Below, piece after piece: positions 10,914-22,000 of a stretch of 64,000 nucleotides of DNA. Every line of letters starts with the position of its first letter. The stretch's first letter is position 1. The notes beneath the pieces were generated by a model, which made no database searches, was not told where the DNA came from, and saw only the letters and a program-made list of their open reading frames with translations. Source of the stretch: an uncultured candidate division Zixibacteria bacterium. Its GTDB lineage: Bacteria > Zixibacteria > MSB-5A5 > GN15 > FEB-12. A program made the position numbers and the translations under genes. Location: positions 263,592 through 327,591 of the forward strand of contig CAVQCT010000002.1 of NCBI GenBank assembly GCA_963711085.1. The letters run 5' to 3'.

Positions 10914-12380
10914 TCAGGCGCGGGCGAGGTCGAAATAGAAAGTCGTTCCTTTGCCCTGCTCGGAGGCGACATGAATATCGCTGTTGTGAAGCTCAAGGAT
11001 TCTCTTGGTGATAGCAAGTCCAAGCCCGGTTCCCTGCGTTTCACGCGGCTGATTCTTCTTTCCACGATAATAGGGAAGAAAGATATAAGGAAGATCCTCA
11101 GATGCGATTCCCGGCCCGGAATCCGAGACTTTGATTCGAACATGACTCTCACTGAGGGTCAGTTCAACAGATACGCCGGCGTCTTCGGAGGCATACCGGA
11201 TGGCGTTGTCGAGCAGATTCGAAAGCGCCCGCTCGATCATGCCGATATCCCCGGTCACCAGGGGGATCTTCTGATCGAAATTGCAGGCGATCGAAACCGC
11301 TTTGTTCTCGGCCGATGACCGGAACTTGATGATAACATCCTGAATGAGCTCCGATATGGAAAAGGGCTCTTTCGACGGCTTGGCATGAATAGCGTTGAGT
11401 TTGGAGAGTTCGAACAGCTCGGACACCAGACGACTCAGGTAGCGGGTGTTCTGCAAACTGATCTCGAGAAACCGCTGGATCTCTTCGGGTGAAAGATCGG
11501 TTCCCTTCATCATGATCGTCTCCAGATACCCCTGAATCAGCACGAGCGGCGTGCGGAGATCATGTGAGATATTGGCGACCAGTTCGCGCCGAAGATCATC
11601 GGATCGTTTCAGATCGGCCATATTTCCGACGATCGTATCTGCCATGCCATTGAAGGCCCGAGCCAGCTTCCCGAAATCATCCCCGGATTTGTCATCGAGA
11701 CGGCTCTCAAAATCCCCATCCTTGAATCCGGTTACCACTTTTGTTACTCGACTGAGCCGCCGGGTCATCAGGAAGAAGAGAATCAAACCAACAACTGCTG
11801 TTGATACGAGCGCGACTATCAGGGATCGGGTGACGATGGAAGAGACGAACTGCTTCTTGATCGCGGCTGAGGCCTGATCGTATTGCTCACCGCCCAGAAT
11901 GACATAGACGTATCCTGCTTCACCGTTCTTGAGACTCACACGAGCAACCGAGAACGGTTTCTGGGCATTGACATTTCGCGGGTCATCCCCCTCGATTGTG
12001 CCGTCCGAACCTCCGGACAGGAACTGATCTATGGGCTGAGTAGACACGCTATTTCGTGCGAGCTTCTTGTTCTGATCGGCGAAAAAGGCGAGGATAGATC
12101 CGGTCGAGTCCAGAATGTAAATCTCCACGTGCGGGTTCATCACCATGAGATAGTGAAGCAGCTGGCCCATCTGTCCGGTGTGGATGCTGTCTTGCACGAG
12201 CGGTTTGACTTCTCCCGCGATCGATTCTGCCAGATGCATGTTCAACCGCTGGTCGGCCTGCTGGACAAAATTAATCGATGATCTCACGGAGATTATTACA
12301 TAGATAGTCCCGCTCACTATAAATAGCACCAGAAATAGCGCGGCCAGGCGGCTATAGAAACTGGAAAAAAGCCGGTTCAT
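10914..12380 (-). CDS. HAMP-domain sensor histidine kinase
   Basis: Two TM helices, HAMP, SHDLRTP H-box, NLLDNA, DSGPGI, GTGLGL. Confidence 0.95.
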   Translation of the reverse strand: MNRLFSSFYSRLAALFLVLFIVSGTIYVIISVRSSINFVQQADQRLNMHLAESIAGEVKPLVQDSIHTGQMGQLLHYLMVMNPHVEIYILDSTGSILAFFADQNKKLARNSVSTQPIDQFLSGGSDGTIEGDDPRNVNAQKPFSVARVSLKNGEAGYVYVILGGEQYDQASAAIKKQFVSSIVTRSLIVALVSTAVVGLILFFLMTRRLSRVTKVVTGFKDGDFESRLDDKSGDDFGKLARAFNGMADTIVGNMADLKRSDDLRRELVANISHDLRTPLVLIQGYLETIMMKGTDLSPEEIQRFLEISLQNTRYLSRLVSELFELSKLNAIHAKPSKEPFSISELIQDVIIKFRSSAENKAVSIACNFDQKIPLVTGDIGMIERALSNLLDNAIRYASEDAGVSVELTLSESHVRIKVSDSGPGIASEDLPYIFLPYYRGKKNQPRETQGTGLGLAITKRILELHNSDIHVASEQGKGTTFYFDLARA

Positions 12381-13115
12381 GATTCCAATTCCTCGGTTTC
12401 GGCAAAGCGGTAGCCATAGCCCCAGACCGTTTTGATGTATTTCGGATTGGAAGGATCAGATTCGATTTTGGCTCGAAGGCGGTTGATGTGTGAATTCACG
12501 GTGTGATCGTAGCCGTCGAATTGATACCCCCAGACCATACTGAGCAAAGTCTCGCGACTGTAGGTTCGCCCGGGGCTCGAAGAAAACAGCTTCAGCAGGT
12601 CGAATTCCTTGACCGTCAGTTCTATCGTTTGGCCGTTGAGAGATACTCTTCGTTTTTCGGTATCGATTTCAAGATCGCCAAAGCGCCTGCACCCGGTTGC
12701 CTCGCCATTGTGTAGCGTGCGAAGATCCGATTTCCACGCGGCGGAAGATAGCTTTGACCCGCGCGATCAATTCTCTGATGCTGAACGGTTTGGTCAGGTA
12801 ATCATCGGCGCCGAGTTCCAGTCCGAGCACCCGGTCGATTTCTTCGGACCGGGATGTCAGCATGAGGATCGGGATATAAGAGCCTTCGGCGCGGAGCTGC
12901 TTGCAGACCTCCAGCCCATTGAGCCCGGGAAGCATCAGGTCAAGGATGATCAGATCGAACGGTTCGGACATCGCCGTATCCAGCCCGAGCTGTCCGTTGT
13001 CGCATTGCACCGCTTCGTAATTCTGGTCGGTAAGATGGAGTTTCAGCAGATCGGAAATTTCCGGATCGTCTTCAACAATAAGTATTCGCCGGGATGGCTT
13101 TTCGCCCGAAGTCAC
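12377..13115 (-). CDS. OmpR-family response regulator; +1 frameshift near 12732
   Basis: ILIVEDD, LDLMLP, KPFS receiver motifs; winged helix (KEFDLL...TVNSHINRLR...TVWGYGYRF) continues in another frame; overlaps the kinase start. Confidence 0.9.
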
Positions 13116-13296
13116 CTGATCGACTCCCCGAGTTTGGCTTGAACTTGTTTGAATATTCTATTATGCGCGTCTGGCGCGACGCGCTTTCGGCTAACCAATT
13201 CTGAAACAAGCCACGTCGCGAATGGTTCCGGAACTCAAACCACAGGCAGAAAACCACCCGAAATCAGGGTCGACCACGGGGGAGTGGAAAAGAATT

Positions 13297-13325
13297 AACC
13301 CGGGCGCGGTCGCAACCCGGGTTGT
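13297..13325 (-). terminator. Hairpin after the 13362-13739 gene
   Basis: aacccggg...cccgggtt inverted repeat followed by an A/T-rich tail on the minus strand. Confidence 0.5.
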
Positions 13326-13361
13326 TGTGAAGTGCGTAATAAGCCTTGATATTGCCGCCGC

Positions 13362-13739
13362 TCACTGGCGGTGGCTGCCGGCAAGTTCATGGGCCGGCGT
13401 TTCGTCGAAATCGAGTATCTGCTCGTTGATCGGCATCGCTTTTGTGACGTCCAGACCGTGAGATTCAATCAGCACTTTCTCGCGGAACCACTTGTCGAAC
13501 GCATCATTCGAAGACGCCATGTACTCGAGCGCCTTCTGGGGATTGTCCCCTTTGAGCATGACGACGCACATGTCTCCTTTCGGCGTCTTCTGAAGAAACA
13601 CTTGTTCCTTTACGATACCCATTTTTTCGCGTGATCGCCGATGCTCGTCATGACGAGCGCCAGTCAGTTCCTTGACGTACTTCTTCCATGTTTCCGTCTT
13701 GCCCGGTGCGATCGGTACGGTGAAAAGATAGGTCTTCAT
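13362..13739 (-). CDS. Conserved hypothetical protein (dimeric alpha+beta-barrel-like)
   Basis: ATG at 13739 with AAGGAG RBS; PIAPGKTETW...EQVFLQ pattern. Confidence 0.7.
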   Translation of the reverse strand: MKTYLFTVPIAPGKTETWKKYVKELTGARHDEHRRSREKMGIVKEQVFLQKTPKGDMCVVMLKGDNPQKALEYMASSNDAFDKWFREKVLIESHGLDVTKAMPINEQILDFDETPAHELAGSHRQ

Positions 13740-13976
13740 GTGAGGCTCCTTCATTGTTTTGCCTGTTGCTGCGCCCGGATGAGAAACTTCGTTACTGTGA
13801 AGTAATGCATCAAACAAATTATCAGCCTGCATTGTTCCGAACCGTGCCTGGGTGGCAATAATAAGTGCCTTCGGACCACTGAAGACGTGAGGATCGCAAC
13901 TGAGACTAAGTTTGTCCACGACGGATATTTGCGACGTCTCCTGAGCGTGTATTCAGTCACTGAAATCAGGAATGTA

Positions 13977-14501
13977 TCACCGTGTATCCGAGGTCGACGA
14001 CGCCGTCACATGCAATTGCGCGAGCGCTGCCTTTCTCCCTTCGGCAATGGCCTTCAGACCGGCCGCCGAAAATCTCATGCTGCCGGTCAGGTTCAAATCA
14101 TATTGTGCCAGCGACGGATTCACCTGCTCGATATGCCTGACCGCTCCGCTTTGCTCCCGATCCGCAATGAATGAATGCACTGTATATCCAAGTACGAACA
14201 GGAGAATGGCGGCGGCCAGTCGGGTCAGGAGCGTGAAGACCCTGCTTGGAGCCGGCCTGCTCTTCGCGGTCGCGGCGAGCTGCCTGTAGATTGCACTCTC
14301 GAGTCGAAGTTTTTCAACCTCGGTAAGGCGGTCAGCGCGCGCATCTTCGTCGAGACAGGCGTAGATATTCTGAATCTGCTCAAGCTCAGCCCGGCAGGAG
14401 GAACATCCTTCAAGATGTTCTTCGAGCTGCTTGCGCTGGTCTTCCGAAAGCTCGCCGAGTACAAGTGCCGGAAGAAGCGAGCGATATTCGATGCAGTTCA
14501 T
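13977..14501 (-). CDS. zf-HC2 anti-sigma factor
   Basis: HLEGCSSC motif plus one TM helix; directly after the ECF sigma gene. Confidence 0.9.
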   Translation of the reverse strand: MNCIEYRSLLPALVLGELSEDQRKQLEEHLEGCSSCRAELEQIQNIYACLDEDARADRLTEVEKLRLESAIYRQLAATAKSRPAPSRVFTLLTRLAAAILLFVLGYTVHSFIADREQSGAVRHIEQVNPSLAQYDLNLTGSMRFSAAGLKAIAEGRKAALAQLHVTASSTSDTR

Positions 14502-14503
14502 AT

Positions 14504-15037
14504 TTATTTCTCCAGTTTCGATGTTTTCAGTAGTTCGCTCAGCCGGTTGAGCGCGCGAAATATGTGTGTCTTTACCGAACCGCTCGTGATGTTCATTGCG
14601 GCGGAGATTTCGTTGGTAGTCATATCGCCGTAGAAGCGAAATTCAAGCGCCTCACGCTGTTTGGCGGGCAACTGATTCAGGGCTTCGGTCAGTTGGAGTC
14701 GAATCTCACCCGCCTCGTTCGAATCTTCATCAGCAAGAAATACTGAAGTTCGGGACTCGGACTCTTCCTGTATACGCTCGTGAATTCTGGTCCGCCGCTT
14801 GCGATCGCGAAGCGAATTGAGTGCGGCGTGATAGGCCGACTTCATCGCGTAACTCTTCAGTTGAGCAGGATCGTCCGGTACCGGTCGGCGCAGTAGTTTC
14901 ACCAGGACATCCTGGGTGATATCCAGAGCCAACTCGCGGTCACGGACGACTCCCCGTATCAGCCGGAAGAGGCTGCCGGATAGTTCTTGTATGATTATTG
15001 ACGCATCTGCGCTCATAGATCCATCTCCGGACATCAA
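14504..15037 (-). CDS. ECF RNA polymerase sigma factor
   Basis: DITQDV region 2; LPAKQREAL...EIS...GSVKTHIFRA region 4. Confidence 0.92.
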   Translation of the reverse strand: MMSGDGSMSADASIIIQELSGSLFRLIRGVVRDRELALDITQDVLVKLLRRPVPDDPAQLKSYAMKSAYHAALNSLRDRKRRTRIHERIQEESESRTSVFLADEDSNEAGEIRLQLTEALNQLPAKQREALEFRFYGDMTTNEISAAMNITSGSVKTHIFRALNRLSELLKTSKLEK

Positions 15038-16066
15038 TGGCTTACCACGGAAACCGCATATAGCGGCAGGTCAGCATCATGGAACTTGGTCCCCTTGAAC
15101 GACCAGGAAACTTTGCCCGGATCTTTCGAGTCGAGCACACCGTTCGAGCTGATGATAGTACCGGGCATGGTCAGATCGATATCGTACTGGAAACCGTCGA
15201 GTTCCTGCGTGATCTTATATCCCCGCTGTGCCTTGTGGTACGTTGTTTTGTATTCGTCAATGGCGCCAGGTTTCGATTGGAGCACTGTAGATATCGTGCC
15301 GAGGAAATGATCATCGATGGCCGTCGTGAAACTGTCAAGGGCGGTCTGGATGTGCGGTTCGTCCCGCTTCATAATGGAAAGGACGAGATCAGGTGTAATA
15401 GCAGCTTCGACATAGTCTGCCGCACTGTCGACAAGTCCGGTGCATGGTAGTATCGGAAAGGGCGCCCGACTCCAGAAGCCCGGCAAGCGCTTCGTGGTAG
15501 AACCGCCAGTAGCGATAGCCATAGTCCGCACTAAGCTGCTCGAGATATTTCTGACGATCCTGTTCCGACACGTTGAGCAGCCCGCTGTCAAGTACTCTGG
15601 TTTCGAGATCGTGATCCCATAACGAAGGAATCTCGGAAAAATCGAATGCGGCAAACCGCCGTGCTTCGTACTTTCGCTGAAACGTGTAGTATGTCTTGTT
15701 CCCTTCGGTCCGCATAGTAAGCTGTCCCGGAAATTGCAGGCTGAGGTCGAAATCTGGCGACTTTGTGGTCACGAATGAAGGGGGAAAGGGGGAGCCGGGA
15801 CGAACGGTGGCGATGGCATGGATACTGAGCGACGGTTTGTCATTGGTCGTGTCCAGTTCACGCTCAATAATCTTCCAGTCAGGCTCGGCCGGCAGAAGGA
15901 CCGGGTCGCTCAATTGGTCAGGACTGCCGGAAATCTCAATGTCGATGGTCGTTGTTCCGTTCGGTGCAACGGAAATGGTCTCTTGCTGCTCAAGACAGCC
16001 GCTGAAAATCAGGAGTAGTATCGCCGCCGACAATATGAGCGGCAGTTTGGTCCGGGTCGCTTTCAT
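15034..16066 (-). CDS. Hypothetical lipoprotein (LppM-like C-terminus); frameshift near 15445
   Basis: Lipobox FSGC; C-terminal LTMPGTIISSNG...VSW; overlaps the sigma start. Confidence 0.65.
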
Positions 16067-16293
16067 GCTTACCTCCAATATACAGGTTTCTACAGGTAAG
16101 CACACCTCAACAGGGGAAAAGGTTGACAGGGGGATCGAAATCGTCTCAGTATCAGCTATCTCTCTGAATGCCAATTAGCTGGGGGAACTTAAGTTCAGTA
16201 TCTCTCGGGAGTCTTCAACTATTTGGGTTTCGATAGCTGATCTAGCACATGCACCGGCCGAAGAGAGTCAAACGACAGGAACGCTTCTCCAAT

Positions 16294-16689
16294 TCACTTC
16301 CGATATTGCTGGTCGCTGACTTTCTCCATCCAGTTCGTTACAACGTCATTCTGTCGTTCCTGAATCGCGATATGAGTAACCGCAGTAGTTGGTGTTGCTC
16401 CGTGCCAGTGCTTCTCGCCCGGGGGGATCCAGACGACATCGCCCGGATGAATCTCTTCCACCGGACCACCTTCACGCTGCACCCAGCCAGATCCTGAGGT
16501 AATAATTAGCGTTTGGCCCAACGGATGGGTATGCCAGGCGGTTCGTGCTCCCGGTTCAAACGTCACGCTGACCGCTTGCACGAGCGCCGGATCAGGCGCT
16601 TTGATCAATGGATCCATCCGCACAGATCCGGTGAACCATTCTGAAGGTCCCTGAGTGGACGGTTGTGATCCGGCTCGCTTAATTTCCAT
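16294..16689 (-). CDS. Cupin domain protein
   Basis: [21 protein letters not shown]. Confidence 0.92.
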   Translation of the reverse strand: MEIKRAGSQPSTQGPSEWFTGSVRMDPLIKAPDPALVQAVSVTFEPGARTAWHTHPLGQTLIITSGSGWVQREGGPVEEIHPGDVVWIPPGEKHWHGATPTTAVTHIAIQERQNDVVTNWMEKVSDQQYRK

Positions 16690-16713
16690 GTTGTCCTCTT
16701 TTATACTGCCCGA

Positions 16714-17725
<1,012 letters not shown>

Positions 17726-17842
17726 CTATCGACGGTGAGTTTTGAGAACCGAACCAGGTTCGCCCAGGCAGTTCGGCTTTCCCATGCTTTCATACAATAA
17801 CGATGTTGAGATTGGGTTGGTGCCGCACCGATGCTAATTGGT

Positions 17843-18819
17843 CTAAGTTTGTGGCGAAGTCGGATTACTCTGGGAATACCAGCGGAGCACCCGCAGGGCG
17901 CGGAGCGTGTTCCAGCGGCTTGCCTTGCCCTGCCCGTCTTCCATGTCAAAGGGAACACGATCAGGGTGAACGATATTGAGCGGCCAGCGCCCGTTCTGGT
18001 GCTGCCTCCTCGCCACCAGCGCGATTGCTTCTTCGACCCGCTCGTCGGGCTCGACATCCGGCGCCGACCAGATAATCGAGTCCGCGAAGGACGATCATAA
18101 TGATAAGTGGGCGGAAAGGCGAAACGTGCCCAGTGAGGATCGATAACCTTTCCGGTCGAGGCTGACCGAAACATTCGACGTTCGAGCAGGTACTCTTGTC
18201 CCCGGTGACGGGCTTGGGTCACAGTTGTCGATGCTCCCTTTGCCTTCTCGTATTCAAGCAACCCCTCGAGCACATTGATAGTGCTGTGGAATGAGGATCG
18301 GTGACTGCCGGGAGCCTCGCAGTTCCAGCCTCCATCCGCAAGCTGTTCGCCGAGAAGGCGATCGACAAGTTTCTCGCTGGGTTCTCCAAAGTAGGCGCCG
18401 GCCGCGAGAATCCTTCCGTTGATGCACGGCTCGGTCTCGCCATCGAAGAACGGCTGATTATCGAGCGGCTTCCACCTGATCTGATCACACACTCGGTCAA
18501 TCGCCATTCGGGCAGCCTTGCTTTTCGGATCCAATCCCATATACTTGAGCATCACCAATGCAAAGATCGTCCCCTTCAACGGCCAGGGGTCTGTATCAGC
18601 CCACCAGTGGCCTTCGGTCGCCTGAAGCGCGAGCAGCCGGGCACCCCATCCTTCGGTAGCGATCCGGGCACGCTCGGCCGCATACAATTCTTCCGGTTCA
18701 GCGGTGAGATCCCGCATCACTTGCCAGCGGATCGATGGATCCCCCTTGAGAAGCCATGTTATGACCGCTTTCTTAGGCTCTACGTACGTTACTGCCAAAG
18801 CCTGGCTTTCCTTGTTCAT
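17843..18819 (-). CDS. Prenyltransferase/squalene-cyclase-repeat-like conserved protein; frameshift near 18070-18090
   Basis: WLL.GDPSIRWQV, ETEPCING, QLADGGWNC, SSFHSTI; C-terminal SRWNTLRALRVL in another frame. Confidence 0.8.
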
Positions 18820-19412
18820 TTGAGCGATGGTCCGTTCGTCGTCTTCCAAGTGATCGGACCATGGGTGAATCGTTTATACAATTGATGAAATGTATATTCG
18901 TTCCCCCGCTCGAATTTCTTGTACACCTCGTCCCATTGGTCTCCGTCACCCCATCCGAGCATGGATCCTTCGACCCGGGTCTGACCATTTCCGAGATCAT
19001 CGAGAAGAATGACATAGAACAAACTCCCGGCCTTTCGGGGTTCTTCCGGGAACTGTGCGGTCAGACCAATTCTGAAAGAGAACATCTTGTTGGGAATGAA
19101 CGACAGGACAGTATTGTGAATATTATCCGGATCGCCGAGTTTGCCCGCCGGATTATAACTCGTCTCGAGATCCCCACCTGTTTTCAGGTCTATTGAAGCT
19201 ATCGGAACCATCCACGAGGTCATCCCGCTGACCGTAGTAAACGCATACCAGACCGAATCGGGGGGGACCGGGACAACCATTTCCTGTCGCAAGACCCGCT
19301 GGCCGGAATCGGTTACGTACGAGCTGTTCTTCACCTCCTGCGACTTAACCGCAGAACCCATGCTGACCGTGACCAACAGTGTCGCTATAGCTGCCACTGA
19401 TTTCGTTCTCAT
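18816..19412 (-). CDS. Secreted SRPBCC/START domain protein
   Basis: Signal peptide; VWYAFTT..GMTSW pattern. Confidence 0.8.
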   Translation of the reverse strand: MRTKSVAAIATLLVTVSMGSAVKSQEVKNSSYVTDSGQRVLRQEMVVPVPPDSVWYAFTTVSGMTSWMVPIASIDLKTGGDLETSYNPAGKLGDPDNIHNTVLSFIPNKMFSFRIGLTAQFPEEPRKAGSLFYVILLDDLGNGQTRVEGSMLGWGDGDQWDEVYKKFERGNEYTFHQLYKRFTHGPITWKTTNGPSLK

Positions 19413-19504
19413 GATACAATTCTCCCGCATTTCAAGTTCATTGAGAATCAGGTCAGACACAGCTGTCCCGCACGGTCTCCCCGCCGGACAACTGCGTTCT
19501 TATC

Positions 19505-19924
19505 TCAATCGGTGCCGCGCTTGTAGCGCACCAGAAACTCCTGGGTGCCCGAATGGGTTTTGAACTCGGTCGGGCGGTCTCCGGTGCCCAGCTGGTAACA
19601 GACTACCAGTTCGTCGCCGTTAAGCTGGAAAATGGCAGGAATATCGCGACCGGCGTTCGGACCCTCGACACCATGAATGTCGAGCTTCGCAGGGGTATCC
19701 TTCGCCAGGATCGTGTAGGTTCCCTTGTCCCCTGCGAAATCGTAGCTGTCCGCCGCCAGGACGAGTGTTGCTCCGGCGAAATTGGATACATTGAAATTCA
19801 TCCCGCCCAGTTCGGCTGTCTGCGGGACCCACTCTCCTTCCAGGGATGACTCCTTCGATTGCTTGCCGGAGCAAGCCATAAACACGAGAGCCAGACAGAG
19901 ATACAACGGTGCGTAACGCTTCAT
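19505..19924 (-). CDS. TIGR03067-like lipoprotein
   Basis: LEGEW...GPNAG...AIFQLNGDELVVCY...RPTEF; lipobox FMAC. Confidence 0.8.
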   Translation of the reverse strand: MKRYAPLYLCLALVFMACSGKQSKESSLEGEWVPQTAELGGMNFNVSNFAGATLVLAADSYDFAGDKGTYTILAKDTPAKLDIHGVEGPNAGRDIPAIFQLNGDELVVCYQLGTGDRPTEFKTHSGTQEFLVRYKRGTD

Positions 19925-20091
19925 ACGACCTCCGATTAAATTAGGCTTAATTGGCCAATAATATATACGATCCTTGAAGAAGAAATTCCGACAGGAAGAT
20001 AGCAGCACGACCCCGTTACGTCAATCTCAATTCAGCCCCTCCGGCTCGGAAGAAAGACTGATCTGAAAGAAGGGAAGATGGTGCGCTAAGA

Positions 20092-21066
20092 TCACTCCGG
20101 GATAACCGTCACGATCACTTTTCCCCGGGCGTGCCCCGCCTCGACATATTTGATAGCTTCGGAAGTTTCGCCAAGCGAATACCGTCGGTCAATGATCGGA
20201 ACGATCTTTCCCGTCGCAAGCAGATCGGCCAGGAACTCAAGATCATCCTTCTTGATCTGTGCCATGAAGAAGCCAAGCTTTCTTCCACGTATCTTTCCTA
20301 TGAGGGGGTTGAGAAGCATCCCCGTCACGACGCTCCAGAAAGACGATGACCCGCCCACCAGGACATAATTCCCGTCCGGTTTGACTGCCCGTAACGCTTT
20401 GCTCATCGAATGAAAAGCCGCGCAGTCGATGATGAGGTCGTAAACCGTTCCACTTTCCCAGAAGTTTGCTTTTGTATAGTCGATCACGGAATCGGCGCCG
20501 ATCGATTTGACCATCTCAACATTCCGTCCGCTGCATACTCCCGTTACCGTAGCCCCGAGCGCTTTGGCAATCTGTACGGCGAATGTGCCGACTCCGCCGG
20601 AGGCCCCGTTGATCAGGACATGATATCCCGACTGAATCTTGCCTTGATCGCGAAGCGCCTGCAAAGCGGTGATGGCCGCGACCGGAATCGAAGCGGCTTG
20701 CTCGAAAGTTACCGCTGTGGACTTTGAGACCAAATGATCTTCCCGAAGGCAGGCGTACTCAGCGAATGTTCCCATCCCGGAACCGAAGACTTCGGCACCA
20801 ACTTTGAACCGGGTCACTTCTTCGCCGACAGCATCGACCGTTCCGGCTACATCGGCGCCAAGAATCTGATGTTTTGGCCTCAGGAGTCCGAATCCCATCA
20901 GGCGGACAAGAAAAGGATCGCCTCGAAGGACATGCCAGTCGAGCGGATTAACAGCCGCCGCATGTACTCTTACGACAACTTGATCTCCGGACGGAACCGG
21001 CTTGTCGACTTCGGCCAACCGAAGCACCTCGGGCGGACCATATTGTGTTCTGATAACCGCTTGCAT
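20092..21066 (-). CDS. NAD(P)-dependent alcohol dehydrogenase/quinone reductase (MDR family)
   Basis: YGPPEVL, VNPLD, VLINGASGGVG, GHARGK. Confidence 0.92.
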   Translation of the reverse strand: MQAVIRTQYGPPEVLRLAEVDKPVPSGDQVVVRVHAAAVNPLDWHVLRGDPFLVRLMGFGLLRPKHQILGADVAGTVDAVGEEVTRFKVGAEVFGSGMGTFAEYACLREDHLVSKSTAVTFEQAASIPVAAITALQALRDQGKIQSGYHVLINGASGGVGTFAVQIAKALGATVTGVCSGRNVEMVKSIGADSVIDYTKANFWESGTVYDLIIDCAAFHSMSKALRAVKPDGNYVLVGGSSSFWSVVTGMLLNPLIGKIRGRKLGFFMAQIKKDDLEFLADLLATGKIVPIIDRRYSLGETSEAIKYVEAGHARGKVIVTVIPE

Positions 21067-21177
21067 GTGAAACTCCTCCTCTATGATTGCACATCCGTCT
21101 GTCATTAGAGAAAGCGATAATTGGAGGGGATGTCAAGAGTCTTTCGACAAACATCAAAGCGGGTGCACCCGCTTGAC

Positions 21178-21756
21178 TCACCAGGTAGAAGTGGTCTGAG
21201 CGGTCTTTTGCAGGTCAAGAATCTGATGGTACACCGACTCGACATCGTCGATAGTATCGAGGCAGGGAACGGCATTTCTATTGCCACCGGGCCAGGAGGC
21301 ATTAGTCAGAGTTCTTGATGAAATTGCGAAATTCGAACCGAGCCAGATCGTTCCTTTCCCGTTACTTGATCTCGACAAACTCAGTTCCGGGAGAGTTCTG
21401 ACGTCGAATGATTTTAGCTCAAGTTTCGAGAATCCCGTGAGGATGAGAATACGGCGATCGGTCAGTCCGTAGTAAGTCCTGGAGCGGATATGGGAGTCTA
21501 CGAAAAATCTTCCAAACACTATGTACAGTCCCACGACAATGAACGGTAATCCCCAGATTTTCATCAGAAACGGGCCACCGCTCGAGATCACCTGATATTC
21601 CCAAAACAGTGCGAATCCGCACCAAAGAAGACTGAACGGGATCAAGAAGAGATCGCTGCCGACGAGTCTGAGCCCTTGTCTTGGCCGTCCGGTCCAGAGC
21701 AGGCGTTCGCCCGATGACAGCTGGGACTGGAGTTGTTGTTCTGCCTGAAAATCCAT
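21178..21756 (-). CDS. Membrane protein with bacterial PH-like domain
   Basis: GERLLWTGRP, two TM helices, YGLTDRRI. Confidence 0.75.
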   Translation of the reverse strand: MDFQAEQQLQSQLSSGERLLWTGRPRQGLRLVGSDLFLIPFSLLWCGFALFWEYQVISSGGPFLMKIWGLPFIVVGLYIVFGRFFVDSHIRSRTYYGLTDRRILILTGFSKLELKSFDVRTLPELSLSRSSNGKGTIWLGSNFAISSRTLTNASWPGGNRNAVPCLDTIDDVESVYHQILDLQKTAQTTSTW

Positions 21757-22000
21757 AAATTCCCTCCCATTTATTATCGGTGCGGAAACGCAATTTATGA
21801 GGATCAATTGCGTAATGCAACTCCTGACGCACGATGGACAGGGACGACAGTACAAGTCCCTGACCACTTTCTTGCAGGAAATCTCGATCACTTGACCCGT
21901 CGAGCTTTCTTAGTTTGGATGGGGTAAGTTTTGTTTGCGATAAGTAAGAGCCGGTTGTACCATTTTAAGTGATAGGGATCTAACTACGGAGGGATAGGGT

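Noticed and set aside
12377-13115. Programmed frameshifting in the response regulator or other split genes
   Set aside because: No slippery heptamer or stimulatory structure; too many unrelated genes are affected
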